In this document: one piece after another, positions 48,905 through 59,592 of the stretch
Layout of the letters: every line of letters starts with the position of its first letter
Position numbering within the stretch: position 1 is the stretch's first letter
NCBI GenBank assembly: GCA_046296715.1
Contig: JBKBIN010000001.1
Coordinates: 1-64,000, forward strand
Direction of reading: 5' to 3'
Source of the DNA: Candidatus Ratteibacteria bacterium
GTDB taxonomy: Bacteria; Ratteibacteria; UBA8468; B48-G9; JAFGKM01
DNA length: 64,000 nucleotides
Made by a program: the position numbers and the translations under genes
Notes under the pieces: model-generated
The model's input: the letters and a program-made list of their open reading frames with translations, nothing else
The model's database searches: none
What the model was told of the DNA's origin: nothing

Positions 48905-50215
48905 GTGGAAAAAATAGAAAATCTAATAAAAAGAATTGAAAAAAAAGAAATAAAAGTTGGTGTGATTGGATTAGGATATGTGGGTTTACCACTTGTAATT
49001 AGATTCGTTGAAAGTGGATTTAAAGTAATTGGATTTGATATAGATACTGAAAAAATAGAAAAACTAAAAAAAAGCATCTCTTATATTAATTACATACCAG
49101 ACGATAAAATAAAAGAGTTAAGTAAAAATTTTGAACCAACCTCTGATATGAAACGATTGAAAGAAGCTGACGCAATTTTAATATGTGTTCCAACTCCACT
49201 TAATCCTTACAGAGAACCTGACTTAACTTATTTATACAAAACTGCCGATGATATATATGAAAACTTAAGAGATGGACATATAATCTCTCTTGAATCAACA
49301 ACATATCCTGGAACTACAAGAGAAATCTATCTTTCAAAACTTGAAAAGAAAGGATTAAAAGTTGGTGAAGATTTCTTTTTGATATATTCTCCAGAAAGAG
49401 AAGATCCAGGGAACCCAAAATATACAACAAAAGATATCCCAAAGGTTGTTGGTGGAATTACTGAAAATTGTAAAAAAATTGGAACAATTTTATATTCACA
49501 AATAGTTTATAAAGTAGTCCCTGTCTCCTCTACAGAAGTTGCAGAAGCAACAAAACTTCTTGAAAACATATATAGGGCTGTAAATATAGCACTTGTAAAT
49601 GAACTTAAAATGCTTTTTGATAGAATGGGTATTGATATATGGGAAGTAATTGAAGCATCAAAGACAAAACCTTTTGGTTTTCAGGCATTTTATCCAGGAC
49701 CAGGGCTTGGAGGTCATTGTATACCAATTGATCCATTTTATTTAACTTGGGTAGCAAAAAGATATGATTTTACTACAAGTTTTATTGAATTAGCAGGAGA
49801 AATAAATACTATGATGCCTTATTATGTTGTTGAGAAATGTATAGAGGGTTTGAATATGCAAGGTAAATCAATAAAAGGAAGCAAAATTTTAATTGTTGGT
49901 ATCGCTTATAAAAAAGATGTTGATGATATTAGAGAATCTCCTGCCTTTAAAATTATAAAAATTCTTGAGAAAAAAAATGTGGATAGAATTGACTATTATG
50001 ACCCTTATGTGAAAGAAGTTAAAAAGACAAGACAATATCCAAAACCTATTTCTTCTATAGAATTTTCACCAGAAAAATTAAAAATTTATGACCTTGCAAT
50101 TATAGTAACTGACCACTCAAATATTGATTATCAAACCCTCTATGAAAATCTGCCTCTTATTGTTGATACAAGAAATGTATATAAAGAAAAACTTCCAAAG
50201 GTTATAAAAGCATAA
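48905..50215 (+). CDS. UDP-N-acetylhexosamine 6-dehydrogenase (WbpA/WecC family)
   Basis: GLGYVGLP, CVPTP, ESTTYPGTT, SPERE, GPGLGGHCIPIDP, DIRESP. Confidence 0.9.
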   Translation: MEKIENLIKRIEKKEIKVGVIGLGYVGLPLVIRFVESGFKVIGFDIDTEKIEKLKKSISYINYIPDDKIKELSKNFEPTSDMKRLKEADAILICVPTPLNPYREPDLTYLYKTADDIYENLRDGHIISLESTTYPGTTREIYLSKLEKKGLKVGEDFFLIYSPEREDPGNPKYTTKDIPKVVGGITENCKKIGTILYSQIVYKVVPVSSTEVAEATKLLENIYRAVNIALVNELKMLFDRMGIDIWEVIEASKTKPFGFQAFYPGPGLGGHCIPIDPFYLTWVAKRYDFTTSFIELAGEINTMMPYYVVEKCIEGLNMQGKSIKGSKILIVGIAYKKDVDDIRESPAFKIIKILEKKNVDRIDYYDPYVKEVKKTRQYPKPISSIEFSPEKLKIYDLAIIVTDHSNIDYQTLYENLPLIVDTRNVYKEKLPKVIKA

Positions 50216-50267
50216 AAATTTTTAAAAATTGACTAAAAAAAGAAAAAGAGTATAATTAATTTAATTT

Positions 50268-50834
50268 ATGGGAAAAAAAGAGAAAGTTGTAATATATTTT
50301 CTAATTTCGGTTTTTATTTTGCTTATTATTATTTTAGGACTGTGGGAATTCAAAGAAAAATACATAAGAGAAACAAGTATATATATCTTTTTAACGCGAC
50401 AAGAAGATAATAAAATAATTGTTGAACCTGTTAGGCGAAAAATAAAATTTAATAATAAGATTGAAAACAAAATAGAAAATACAATGAAAGAACTAATAAA
50501 AGGACCAACAGAACAAGAAAAGGAAAAAGGATTTTCTACCTGTTTAAATGAAAATACAAAGATTTTAAATGTATATATAGAAGGTGATATTTTAAATTTA
50601 GATTTTTCAAAAGAAGTAGAAGAAGGAGGTGGAACTTTGTTAATGCAAGCAAGAATTGCTCAGATTGTCTGCACTGGAACACAGTTCCCAGAGATAAAAA
50701 AAATAAGATTTTTAATTGAAGGAAATCCTATAAAATATTTTAGTGGAGAAGGTATAACAATTGTAGAAGAACCTGTTAGTAGAGATGCTTTAAAAGAGTT
50801 TGAAATAGAAATAAGAGAGGAGGAAAAGATATGA
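50268..50834 (+). CDS. GerMN-domain protein
   Basis: N-terminal [35 protein letters not shown]. Confidence 0.8.
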   Translation: MGKKEKVVIYFLISVFILLIIILGLWEFKEKYIRETSIYIFLTRQEDNKIIVEPVRRKIKFNNKIENKIENTMKELIKGPTEQEKEKGFSTCLNENTKILNVYIEGDILNLDFSKEVEEGGGTLLMQARIAQIVCTGTQFPEIKKIRFLIEGNPIKYFSGEGITIVEEPVSRDALKEFEIEIREEEKI

Positions 50835-51025
50835 AAAAAGGAATACATCCTGAGTATAAAGAAGCAACGATAGTATGTGCATGTGGAAATATTGTAAAGA
50901 CGAGATCAACAAAGTCAGAAATCAAAGTTGAAATTTGCAATAAATGTCATCCTTATTTTACGGGAAAACAAAAATTTGTTGATACTACAGGAAGAGTAGA
51001 AAAGTTTAAGAAAAAATATGGTTGA
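50831..51025 (+). CDS. rpmE: 50S ribosomal protein L31 (Zn-binding type)
   Basis: [23 protein letters not shown]. Confidence 0.97.
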   Translation: MKKGIHPEYKEATIVCACGNIVKTRSTKSEIKVEICNKCHPYFTGKQKFVDTTGRVEKFKKKYG

Positions 51026-52079
51026 TGATAAACTTAAAGAAATAGAAGAAGATTATAAAAATTGTCTTGAATATATAACACAAGATAAAAAAGATCCTCA
51101 AAAATTAAAAGAAATTCTGAAAAAAATTGGTATTTATGAAGAAATCTTAAAACTTAAAAAAGAATACGTGAAGATTTTGGAAAAAATAAAAGAAGATGAA
51201 TTTATTATAAAAGAAGAGACAGAAAAAGAATTAAGAGAAATAGCAAAAGAAGAACTTGATTTTCTAATTAATGAGAAAATTAAAATAGAAAAAAAAATTG
51301 AAAATCTTCTAACTCCTAAGGATGATAGAGACAATAGAAATGCAATAGTTGAAATAAGAGCGGGAATTGGAGGAGAAGAAGCATGTTTATTTGTTGCTGA
51401 TCTTTTTCGTATGTACTCAAAATATTGCGAAAAAAACAATTATGAAATAGAAATTTTAAATTCTCATCCATCTGATCTTGGTGGCTTTAAAGAAATAATC
51501 TTCTATGTAAAAGGCAATAATGCTTATGGTAATTTAAAATATGAAGGTGGAGTCCATAGAGTTCAAAGAATCCCAAAGACAGAAAGTTATGGAAGAATTC
51601 ATACATCAGCAGCAACAGTAGTGGTTCTTCCTGAGATAGAAGACCAAGAAATCAAAATTAATCCAGATGACTTAAAAATAGAAACTTTTAGAGCAAGTGG
51701 TCATGGTGGTCAACATGTGAATAAAACATCTTCAGCAGTCAGGATTACTCATATTCCAACAGGAATTTCTGTAAGTTGTCAGGATGACAGGTCTCAAATA
51801 AAAAATAGAGAAAAAGCAATGAAAATTTTAAGGGCAAGATTACAAAATATTTATGAAAAAGAAAAAAAAGAAAAAATAGATACACAAAGAAGAAAACTAA
51901 TAAAAACAGGGGATAGAAGCGAAAAAATAAGAACATATAACTTTCCTCAAAATAGATTAACTGACCATAGAATTAATTTTACAAGTTATAATCTTGATAA
52001 AATAATGGATGGCGAAATAGATGATTTAATTGAACGATTGAAAGAAAGATTAAAAAATGAGTTTGACGAAGTTTATTGA
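51018..52079 (+). CDS. prfA: Peptide chain release factor 1
   Basis: [14 protein letters not shown] (PxT), [13 protein letters not shown]. Confidence 0.96.
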   Translation: MVDDKLKEIEEDYKNCLEYITQDKKDPQKLKEILKKIGIYEEILKLKKEYVKILEKIKEDEFIIKEETEKELREIAKEELDFLINEKIKIEKKIENLLTPKDDRDNRNAIVEIRAGIGGEEACLFVADLFRMYSKYCEKNNYEIEILNSHPSDLGGFKEIIFYVKGNNAYGNLKYEGGVHRVQRIPKTESYGRIHTSAATVVVLPEIEDQEIKINPDDLKIETFRASGHGGQHVNKTSSAVRITHIPTGISVSCQDDRSQIKNREKAMKILRARLQNIYEKEKKEKIDTQRRKLIKTGDRSEKIRTYNFPQNRLTDHRINFTSYNLDKIMDGEIDDLIERLKERLKNEFDEVY

Positions 52080-52126
52080 CATTAGTTTCAATTTCAAGGT
52101 AATATTAAATCAAATGGAGGGGAAAA

Positions 52127-53959
52127 ATGAGAAATAAAATTTTAATAATTTTTACAATATCAGTTCTTTTAATATTTGGGAAAGAATCTAATGAAAATGA
52201 ATTAATTAATAAAGGAATAATATATCTAAAAACAGGAGAATATACAAAAGCAATAGATATTTTTGAAAGACTTAGTAAAATTTCTTTAGAAAATCCTGAT
52301 GTTTACTATTATCTTGGAGAGGCATATTTCAGAAAAGGAAAAACAGATGAAGCAATTTCTAATTTACAAAAAGCAATAAACATTAATTCTCAAAATGCTT
52401 CTTATTATTACACCCTTGCTTTGGTTTACTTATCTCAAAATAGAAAAAATGAAGCAATTGATATATTAAATAAAATTATAAGTATTTCACCTTTATCTTT
52501 TTATGGAAAAAACGCTCAAAAGCTAAAAGATGAAATTGAAAAATCTGAAAAAGAAATTCAAATTGCAAAAAAATGGGAACAATTAGAAATAGAAGAAAAA
52601 AAGAGAAAAGAAGAAGAAAAGAAACAAAAAGAAGAAAAAACAACTCCGGAAGGTATGCTTATAGAAGGTCAAATACCTTTACCTCCTGGAATTCCGCAAG
52701 CTGATGAAACATCTGTGTTAAAAAAGGAATTAATTCCAATAAGCACAATTATAAAAAGAATTAAATTTGGAACTGAAGAAGTAAGAAAAAATGCGTCAAA
52801 AAAAATAATCTTATATCCAGCGTCAGAGATAGAAAAGGTTATAGATGAAATTCTTTCTATTATTGAGAATACCGACCAACCTGAAATAAAAAGGAATTTA
52901 ATAACTGCTGCTGGAAAAGTTCATAAAGAGGATGTAATAGATATGCTTTTGAAAATTATTAAAGATGAAAAAGAATTATTTGAAATAAGAATTGTTGCTC
53001 TTGATATTATTAGTAATATAAAATCAGAAAAAGTAGTTGAAGAATTAAGAAATGCACTTACAGGGATGGTCAATAAAAGAGAGAAAGAAAGAGATGAAGC
53101 AAGAAAAAATATACAGGATATAAATCAAAAATTAGATGACTTAACTGCAAGAAAAATTGTTTTAAATAGTGAAATACAAAATTTAAATAATAGGATTTCT
53201 CAGATTGATAATCAACTTAATGTTTTCCCTGAAGAATTTCAATTCCCGCAAGGTGCTCCTGGCACTGTTTCTGGTAGTAGAAAACCATTAACTGACAAAG
53301 AAATAAAAAAATTAATTGATGAAAAAAGAACAATAGAAGAAAAAATTAAGACAAACAATGAAGAAATTGCTAAAATTGACAAGGAACTTGTAGATTTAAC
53401 GGAACAAAAAAGAAAATATGAAGAATTACTTGAACTAAGGAAAAGGAAAATAGATATTTCAGGAATTGGGGCTTCGGCAATAGTTATACAGGAAGAACAA
53501 CCTGGTATACCTGGAGAATTTAGATTTCCCTTTTCTGAATTTTCATATTCTCAAAGAGAAACAGATGAACAAAAAAATGAAATTATTTTTGCAGTCAAAC
53601 TGATGAATGCTCTCGCAAATTTAAGAGACACAAATTCTTTATCATTAATAAAGAAAGCATGGAGAGAATTTGGAGTCGCTGGATTAAGACCATACTATTA
53701 TATTGCTCTTGGAAAACTTGGAGAATATAGAAGCATAGATTTTATGGTTTCAAGATTAAAAGAGAACTATCCTCAAGGTAATAGAGAAGAAGAAATTTAT
53801 ATAAGAGCAAATATTATTGAAGTTCTTGGTGAATATTTAAAGCAAAATTCTGATTCAGAAATAAGAGGACTTATAGAATATCTTGCTGAGGAAGGAGAAT
53901 ATCCCCTAATCAAAAATACTGCTAAAAAAGTCATATCTTCTCTCTCAAAGAAAATATAG
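52127..53959 (+). CDS. Exported TPR + HEAT-repeat + coiled-coil protein
   Basis: Signal peptide; TPRs (YYYLGEAYFRKG); HEAT-like helices; long coiled coil; RBS GGAGG. Confidence 0.65.
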   Translation: MRNKILIIFTISVLLIFGKESNENELINKGIIYLKTGEYTKAIDIFERLSKISLENPDVYYYLGEAYFRKGKTDEAISNLQKAININSQNASYYYTLALVYLSQNRKNEAIDILNKIISISPLSFYGKNAQKLKDEIEKSEKEIQIAKKWEQLEIEEKKRKEEEKKQKEEKTTPEGMLIEGQIPLPPGIPQADETSVLKKELIPISTIIKRIKFGTEEVRKNASKKIILYPASEIEKVIDEILSIIENTDQPEIKRNLITAAGKVHKEDVIDMLLKIIKDEKELFEIRIVALDIISNIKSEKVVEELRNALTGMVNKREKERDEARKNIQDINQKLDDLTARKIVLNSEIQNLNNRISQIDNQLNVFPEEFQFPQGAPGTVSGSRKPLTDKEIKKLIDEKRTIEEKIKTNNEEIAKIDKELVDLTEQKRKYEELLELRKRKIDISGIGASAIVIQEEQPGIPGEFRFPFSEFSYSQRETDEQKNEIIFAVKLMNALANLRDTNSLSLIKKAWREFGVAGLRPYYYIALGKLGEYRSIDFMVSRLKENYPQGNREEEIYIRANIIEVLGEYLKQNSDSEIRGLIEYLAEEGEYPLIKNTAKKVISSLSKKI

Positions 53960-53972
53960 TGAACCAATAAAA

Positions 53973-54815
53973 GTGAATCTAAAAGACCTTTTAAATTCAA
54001 TAAAAGATGAATTTCAAAAATGTAATATAGATTCACCTTATTTAGAAGCAGAAATAATTATCTCTGAAGTTTTTGAAATAGAAAGATATAAAATTTATAC
54101 AGAGGATATAAAGGTTTCAGAAAGTGAATATAAAAAAATAAAAGAATTAGTTGAAAAAAGAAAAAAAAGAATTCCTTTACCATATATTATAAAAAAAGTT
54201 CATTTTTACGATTGTGAATTTAAAATTAAGAAAGGAATTTTTATTCCAAGACCTGAAACAGAATTACTTGTTGAAAAGACCATTAACATCTACAACCAAT
54301 ATTTTTATCCTAAAAAAGTTAAAATTCTTGATATAGGAATAGGGTGTGGAAATATTTCTATTGCACTTGCAAAAAATATTGAAAACTGTAAAGTTATAGG
54401 AGTTGATATTTCTAAAAAAAGTTTGAAAGTTGCCTGTGAAAATGCAGTTTTAAATAAAGTTGAAAAAAAAGTAAAATTTTTATTTTCAGATTTATTTGAA
54501 AATGTAAATGATAAATTTGAATTAATTGTTAGCAATCCTCCATATATAAGGGAAGATGAATATGAAAAACTTACAGAAGAGATAAAAAAAGAACCCAAAA
54601 AATCACTTATCGGTGGAAAAGATGGTTTAAAAATTATAAAAAAAATTCTGAAAGAAGCAAATTACTATCTAAAGAAAAATGGATTTTTAATAATTGAAAT
54701 CGGATATGCTCAAACAAAAGAAATTAAAAAAATCATCCCTCAAGAATTAATACTTTTTGAAGTAAAAAAGGATTTTTCATCTTTTGATAGGATAATGGTC
54801 TTTAAAAAAATTTAA
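53973..54815 (+). CDS. prmC: Release factor glutamine methyltransferase
   Basis: FIPRPETE, LDIGIGCG, VSNPPY. Confidence 0.94.
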   Translation: MNLKDLLNSIKDEFQKCNIDSPYLEAEIIISEVFEIERYKIYTEDIKVSESEYKKIKELVEKRKKRIPLPYIIKKVHFYDCEFKIKKGIFIPRPETELLVEKTINIYNQYFYPKKVKILDIGIGCGNISIALAKNIENCKVIGVDISKKSLKVACENAVLNKVEKKVKFLFSDLFENVNDKFELIVSNPPYIREDEYEKLTEEIKKEPKKSLIGGKDGLKIIKKILKEANYYLKKNGFLIIEIGYAQTKEIKKIIPQELILFEVKKDFSSFDRIMVFKKI

Positions 54816-54850
54816 TATAATGTAAAATAATATGGAAAAAAAGGAGAAAA

Positions 54851-56116
54851 ATGGAAAAATTTATTATAGAAGGTGGGCATAAACTTGAAGGAGAAATAGA
54901 AATATCCGGTTCTAAAAATGCTTCTCTTCCTATAATTGCTGCAAGTATAATGTGTGAAGGTAAAACAGTTTTATATAATGTTCCAGATTTAAAAGATGTT
55001 CAAACAATGATAAAAATCTTGAATTATATGGGAGTAAAGACAAAATTTGAAAATAATACGCTTGAGATTGATCCCTCTGGAATATATCAATTTACCGCTC
55101 CATACGAATTTGTAAGTACTATGAGAGGGTCAATCTGTCTATTAGGTCCCTTGCTTGCAAAATATAAAAAAGCAAGATTTTCAATGCCTGGAGGATGTGT
55201 AATAGGACCAAGACCAATAGATTTACATATTAAAGGTTTAAAAAAGCTTGGAGTTCAAATAGAAAATGAAGAAGGATATATAGTTGGTAAAGCTGATATT
55301 CTTAAAGGAAATGATATTTTCCTTGGAGGAAGTTTTGGTTCAAGTGTTCTTGCTACAGCAAATGTTATGTGCGCAGCAGTTTTAGCAGAAGGAAAAACAA
55401 CTATTGAATATGCTGCCTGTGAACCAGAAATAGTAGACCTTGCAAAATTTTTAAAGAAAGCAGGAGCAAAAATTTATGGTGAAGGTTCTCATTTTATAAA
55501 AATTGAAGGTGTTAAAAAATTAAAAGGAATTGAATATGAAATTATTCCAGACAGAATTGAAGGGGGAACATACATATTAGCAGGATATATCACAAAAAGC
55601 AAGATAAGAATTAATGGTGTTATTCCTCAACATCTTTTTGCTCTTTTTGATAAAATTGAAGAGTGTGGACTCCAAATTCTCTATGGTGAAAATTTTGTTG
55701 AGACAATTCCAAGTGATAAATGGAAGGCTGTTGAAATTACAACCTTACCATATCCAGGTTTTCCAACCGACTTACAGGCACAAATGATGAGTTTTCTGAC
55801 GCTTGCAGATGGTATAAGTTTAATAACAGAAAAAGTTTTTCCGGAAAGATTTATACATGTTGGCGAATTGAACCGTCTTGGTGCTGATATTACTCTTGAT
55901 GGCTCAAAGGCAATAATAAAGGGTGTTAAATCACTAAAGGGTGCAAAAGTAATGGCTTCTGACTTAAGAGCAAGTGCTGCATTAGTTCTTGCAGCCCTAA
56001 CTGCTGAGGGGACTACAGAAATTTCAAGAATATATCACCTTGACAGAGGTTATGAAAAATTTGAAAAAAAATTAAGTCAACTTGGAGCAAAAATTAAAAG
56101 AGTAAGGGAGGAATAA
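54851..56116 (+). CDS. murA: UDP-GlcNAc 1-carboxyvinyltransferase
   Basis: GSKNA, PGGCVIGPRPIDLH, PGFPTDLQAQ, DLRA, HLDRGY. Confidence 0.97.
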   Translation: MEKFIIEGGHKLEGEIEISGSKNASLPIIAASIMCEGKTVLYNVPDLKDVQTMIKILNYMGVKTKFENNTLEIDPSGIYQFTAPYEFVSTMRGSICLLGPLLAKYKKARFSMPGGCVIGPRPIDLHIKGLKKLGVQIENEEGYIVGKADILKGNDIFLGGSFGSSVLATANVMCAAVLAEGKTTIEYAACEPEIVDLAKFLKKAGAKIYGEGSHFIKIEGVKKLKGIEYEIIPDRIEGGTYILAGYITKSKIRINGVIPQHLFALFDKIEECGLQILYGENFVETIPSDKWKAVEITTLPYPGFPTDLQAQMMSFLTLADGISLITEKVFPERFIHVGELNRLGADITLDGSKAIIKGVKSLKGAKVMASDLRASAALVLAALTAEGTTEISRIYHLDRGYEKFEKKLSQLGAKIKRVREE

Positions 56117-56117
56117 A

Positions 56118-56915
56118 ATGGAAAAAATCAATCTTATTGTCTGTGGTGCTTGTGGAAGAATGGGTAGTTTAATAACTGAACTTGCTTTGAAAGACAATGA
56201 TTTTTTTATAAAAGGAGGTATAGAAGTTAAAGGACATCCTCTAATTGGAAAAGAGATAAAAAAAGGAATTAAAGTTTTTGATAATCTTGAAAAATTAATT
56301 GAAAAAAATGATATGATAATTGATTTTACAGTTCCAGAAGCTACTATGTCTTTTTTAGAGATAATTAAAGAAAAAAAGGGCAAAATAGTCATTGGAACCA
56401 CAGGTTTTAAAGAAGAACAGGTATTAAAAATAAAAGAAATTGCCAAATCTGTTCCAATTTTTTTATCTCCTAATATGAGTATTGGAGTTAATCTTTTTTT
56501 TGAAATTATAAGATATGCGACTAAAATTTTAAAAAATTATGAGATTGAAATTGAAGAAATACATCATCATTTTAAAAAAGATGCACCAAGTGGAACAGCA
56601 AAAAAAATTGCAGAGATAATTTGTAAAGAAAGAAATTTAGAAATGAAAGAAGTTTTAACATATGGAAGAAAAGGTATAACAGGTGAAAGAAAATTTAATG
56701 AAATAGGTATTCATTCTTTAAGAATTGGAGATATAGTGGGTGAGCATACTGTTTTTTATGGAGGAATTGGAGAAATTATAGAAATATCTCATAAATGTTA
56801 TAACAGAGAAGTATTTGCTTCTGGAGCGTTAAAAGTAGCAAAATTTCTGCATAAAAAAGATGAAGGATTCTATAGTATGGAAAACTTTATAAAAGAGGAG
56901 GTTTTAAATGTTTGA
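56118..56915 (+). CDS. dapB: 4-hydroxy-tetrahydrodipicolinate reductase
   Basis: GACGRMG, IGTTG, EIHHHFKKDAPSGTA. Confidence 0.96.
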   Translation: MEKINLIVCGACGRMGSLITELALKDNDFFIKGGIEVKGHPLIGKEIKKGIKVFDNLEKLIEKNDMIIDFTVPEATMSFLEIIKEKKGKIVIGTTGFKEEQVLKIKEIAKSVPIFLSPNMSIGVNLFFEIIRYATKILKNYEIEIEEIHHHFKKDAPSGTAKKIAEIICKERNLEMKEVLTYGRKGITGERKFNEIGIHSLRIGDIVGEHTVFYGGIGEIIEISHKCYNREVFASGALKVAKFLHKKDEGFYSMENFIKEEVLNV

Positions 56916-58065
56916 AGTAAGTGAAAGACTTAAAAAAATTCCACCCTATCTTTTTGTAGAAATTGATAAAAAGAAAAAAAGTTTAATAGCAAAAGGAGAA
57001 GAAGTAATTGATTTTGGGGTTGGAGACCCTGATTTACCCACTCCTTCTAATATTATAGAAGCAATGAAAAAGGCAGTTGAAAATCCAAAATTTCACAGAT
57101 ATCCTTTTGGGAAAGGAACTAAAGAATTTAGAAAAGCAATAGCTGATTACTACAAAAAAAATTATGATGTTGATATTGATTATGAAAATGAAATATGTGT
57201 TTTAATTGGTTCTAAAGAAGGGATCGCTCATTTTCCTTTATGCTTTTTAAATCACGGAGATATATCATTAGTCCCGGAACCAGGATATCCTGTATATCAT
57301 ATAGGAAGTTTAATAGCAGGAGGTCAAAGTTATTTTTTGCCCCTAAAAGAAGAAAATAATTTTTTACCTCAACTTGAAAAAATACCTAATGAAATATTAA
57401 AAAAAGCAAAAATTTTATATCTGAACTATCCTAATAATCCTACAGGGACCTTTGCTGATTTTGACTTTTTAAAGGAAGTAGTAAATTTCTGTAAAAAATA
57501 TAGGATAATTCTTGTTTATGATGCTGCATATTCAGAAATATATTTTGAAAAAAGACCTGTAAATATATTTTCAATAGATGGGGCTAAGGATGTTGTTATA
57601 GAATTTAATTCATTATCTAAAACATATAATATGACTGGCTGGAGAATTGGTTGGGCATGCGGAAATTCTTTTCTAATTTCTGCTCTTGCTAAAATAAAAG
57701 AAAATATTGATTCAGGTACATTTGAGGCAATTCAGTATGCTGGAGTAGAAGCACTTACAGGTTCTCAAGAATCAGTTATAAAAATTAGAGAAATATATAA
57801 AAAAAGGAGAGACATTTTTGCTTCTGGATTAAAAGAATTAGGATTTAATTTTAATTTACCCGATGGAACCTTTTATTTCTGGGTTAAAATTAATAATAGT
57901 TCAATTAATTTTGTTGACTTTTTACTTGAAAATGGTAAAATAGTAGCAACTCCAGGAGTCGGTTTTGGTCCTTCAGGTGAAGGTTATGTGCGTTTTTCAT
58001 TAACAATAAGTGAAGAAAAAATAAAAGAGGCAATTAAAAGAATGAGAAAAATATGGGGAAAGTAA
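56908..58065 (+). CDS. dapL: LL-diaminopimelate aminotransferase (class I PLP)
   Basis: PPYLF, GVGDPD, NYPNNPTG, SLSKTYNMTGWRIG; next to dapB. Confidence 0.85.
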   Translation: MFEVSERLKKIPPYLFVEIDKKKKSLIAKGEEVIDFGVGDPDLPTPSNIIEAMKKAVENPKFHRYPFGKGTKEFRKAIADYYKKNYDVDIDYENEICVLIGSKEGIAHFPLCFLNHGDISLVPEPGYPVYHIGSLIAGGQSYFLPLKEENNFLPQLEKIPNEILKKAKILYLNYPNNPTGTFADFDFLKEVVNFCKKYRIILVYDAAYSEIYFEKRPVNIFSIDGAKDVVIEFNSLSKTYNMTGWRIGWACGNSFLISALAKIKENIDSGTFEAIQYAGVEALTGSQESVIKIREIYKKRRDIFASGLKELGFNFNLPDGTFYFWVKINNSSINFVDFLLENGKIVATPGVGFGPSGEGYVRFSLTISEEKIKEAIKRMRKIWGK

Positions 58066-58505
58066 TTATTATAATAGATAACGAGAAGGATACAGAAACA
58101 ATAGAAGAAGGGATAAAAATTTTAGAAGAATTGAAAATCCCTTTTGATGTTAGAATAATTTCAGGAATGGATAATTTAAAATTGATTGATGAATTGATTG
58201 ATTTTAGTGAAAGAAAGGAAATTGATGTAATAATAGTTTTTAATAGGATTTCAACACATTTACCCGGTATTATTGCTTCTAAAACTATTATACCTGTTAT
58301 TGGAGTTTTACTTCCAAATAAGAATACACAAACTGCTGATTCTTTATTTTCTCTTGTCCAGATGCCTGAAGGAGTTCCAGTTGCCTGTGTGTCTTGTGGA
58401 AAAGCTGGAATTAAAAATGCTTCTTTTTTTGCTGCAGAAATTATCTCCAGAAAAGAACCAAATTTAAGAGAAAAGTTAAGAAGAATTAAAAGTAATTTTA
58501 ATTAA
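58053..58505 (+). CDS. purE: PurE-fold protein with degenerate active-site loops
   Basis: HLPGIIAS, PVIGV, DSLFSLVQMPEGVPVA, NASFFAAEI conserved; GSxSD and SAHR motifs absent. Confidence 0.6.
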   Translation: MGKVIIIIDNEKDTETIEEGIKILEELKIPFDVRIISGMDNLKLIDELIDFSERKEIDVIIVFNRISTHLPGIIASKTIIPVIGVLLPNKNTQTADSLFSLVQMPEGVPVACVSCGKAGIKNASFFAAEIISRKEPNLREKLRRIKSNFN

Positions 58506-58520
58506 AAAAGGAGGGAGAGA

Positions 58521-59591
58521 ATGGTTTATGCAAGATATAAGGATGGTTTAGAAGTAAGTGAAAATATTTTTAAAGTATTAGCAAAGTTTGCTCCTGATGG
58601 TGTTATGGATGTTTTTGCGTCCGACCAACATAGTTCATATATTAAACTTACAAACAGCTTTTTAAAACACATTGGAGAAAATAGAGAAGCAAATGATGAA
58701 GATGTGAAGGAAGTTTGCAAAAGATTTGCTAAACATTTAAGAGGAGAAGTTACAGCTGCATTATTTAATCATCTTGCTATTTTAACACCAGGATTTAAAG
58801 AAGCTCTTGGATCAGAGATTCTTTTAATTGGACGTCTTGAACATACAAAACCAATTGAAATTGACGGTGGACTTGGAAAAGTTGCTCGTCTTGCGATAGA
58901 ACCAGAAGAAATAGCTGATAAAGTAGATGCTTTCAAAACACTTGTTTATTTAAATCCTGATCATAAAGAAAGTTGGGAAAAGAATAAAGAATGGCTTGCC
59001 GAGGTTTTTGAAAAATGCAAAAAACTTGAAAAACCACTTTATAATGAAACACTACTTGCTGATTTACCAGGTGAAACAAAACTACAAAAGGCAAAAAAAT
59101 TACCAGATGCATTAATAAAAATGGCAAAGGATTTTTCACAATTTGGTCATTTTTACAAAACTCAAGTTCCTGTTTTATGGGTTGAAGAAGACGGAAAAGT
59201 TATTAATGTATGCTCTCCACAAGTTGTAAGAGATGTGGCTTTTGAAATGGAAAAAATATCTCCAAGACCTTTATTACTATTAAGTGCTGCTGTTGATTTT
59301 GAACAATATGCAATTCAGTATAGTTCAGTATGTGATCTTGTTGCAGGTCCAATGTGTGGAAGAGCATATTTTAAAGAAGCATTTACAGATCCTGAAACAA
59401 AGGACTGGGATACACTTGAAAATTCCTTTGTAAAAATAGCAATACCAAGGATAAGACAAATAAGAACAATTACAAAAATTATGTCAAAACCCTGGTGGTA
59501 TAAATTTGAGTGGATGCATGACGAAGCAAAATCACTAATTAAAGAATCAAGAGAAATTAAACCAGGGCTCAAAGCAGATTTTGGATATTGA
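58521..59591 (+). CDS. LacD/YihT-like class I aldolase (tagatose-1,6-bisphosphate aldolase family)
   Basis: FASDQH, KTLVY, FYKTQVP (probable Schiff-base Lys), LLSAAVD, MCGRAYF. Confidence 0.7.
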   Translation: MVYARYKDGLEVSENIFKVLAKFAPDGVMDVFASDQHSSYIKLTNSFLKHIGENREANDEDVKEVCKRFAKHLRGEVTAALFNHLAILTPGFKEALGSEILLIGRLEHTKPIEIDGGLGKVARLAIEPEEIADKVDAFKTLVYLNPDHKESWEKNKEWLAEVFEKCKKLEKPLYNETLLADLPGETKLQKAKKLPDALIKMAKDFSQFGHFYKTQVPVLWVEEDGKVINVCSPQVVRDVAFEMEKISPRPLLLLSAAVDFEQYAIQYSSVCDLVAGPMCGRAYFKEAFTDPETKDWDTLENSFVKIAIPRIRQIRTITKIMSKPWWYKFEWMHDEAKSLIKESREIKPGLKADFGY

Positions 59592-59592
59592 T

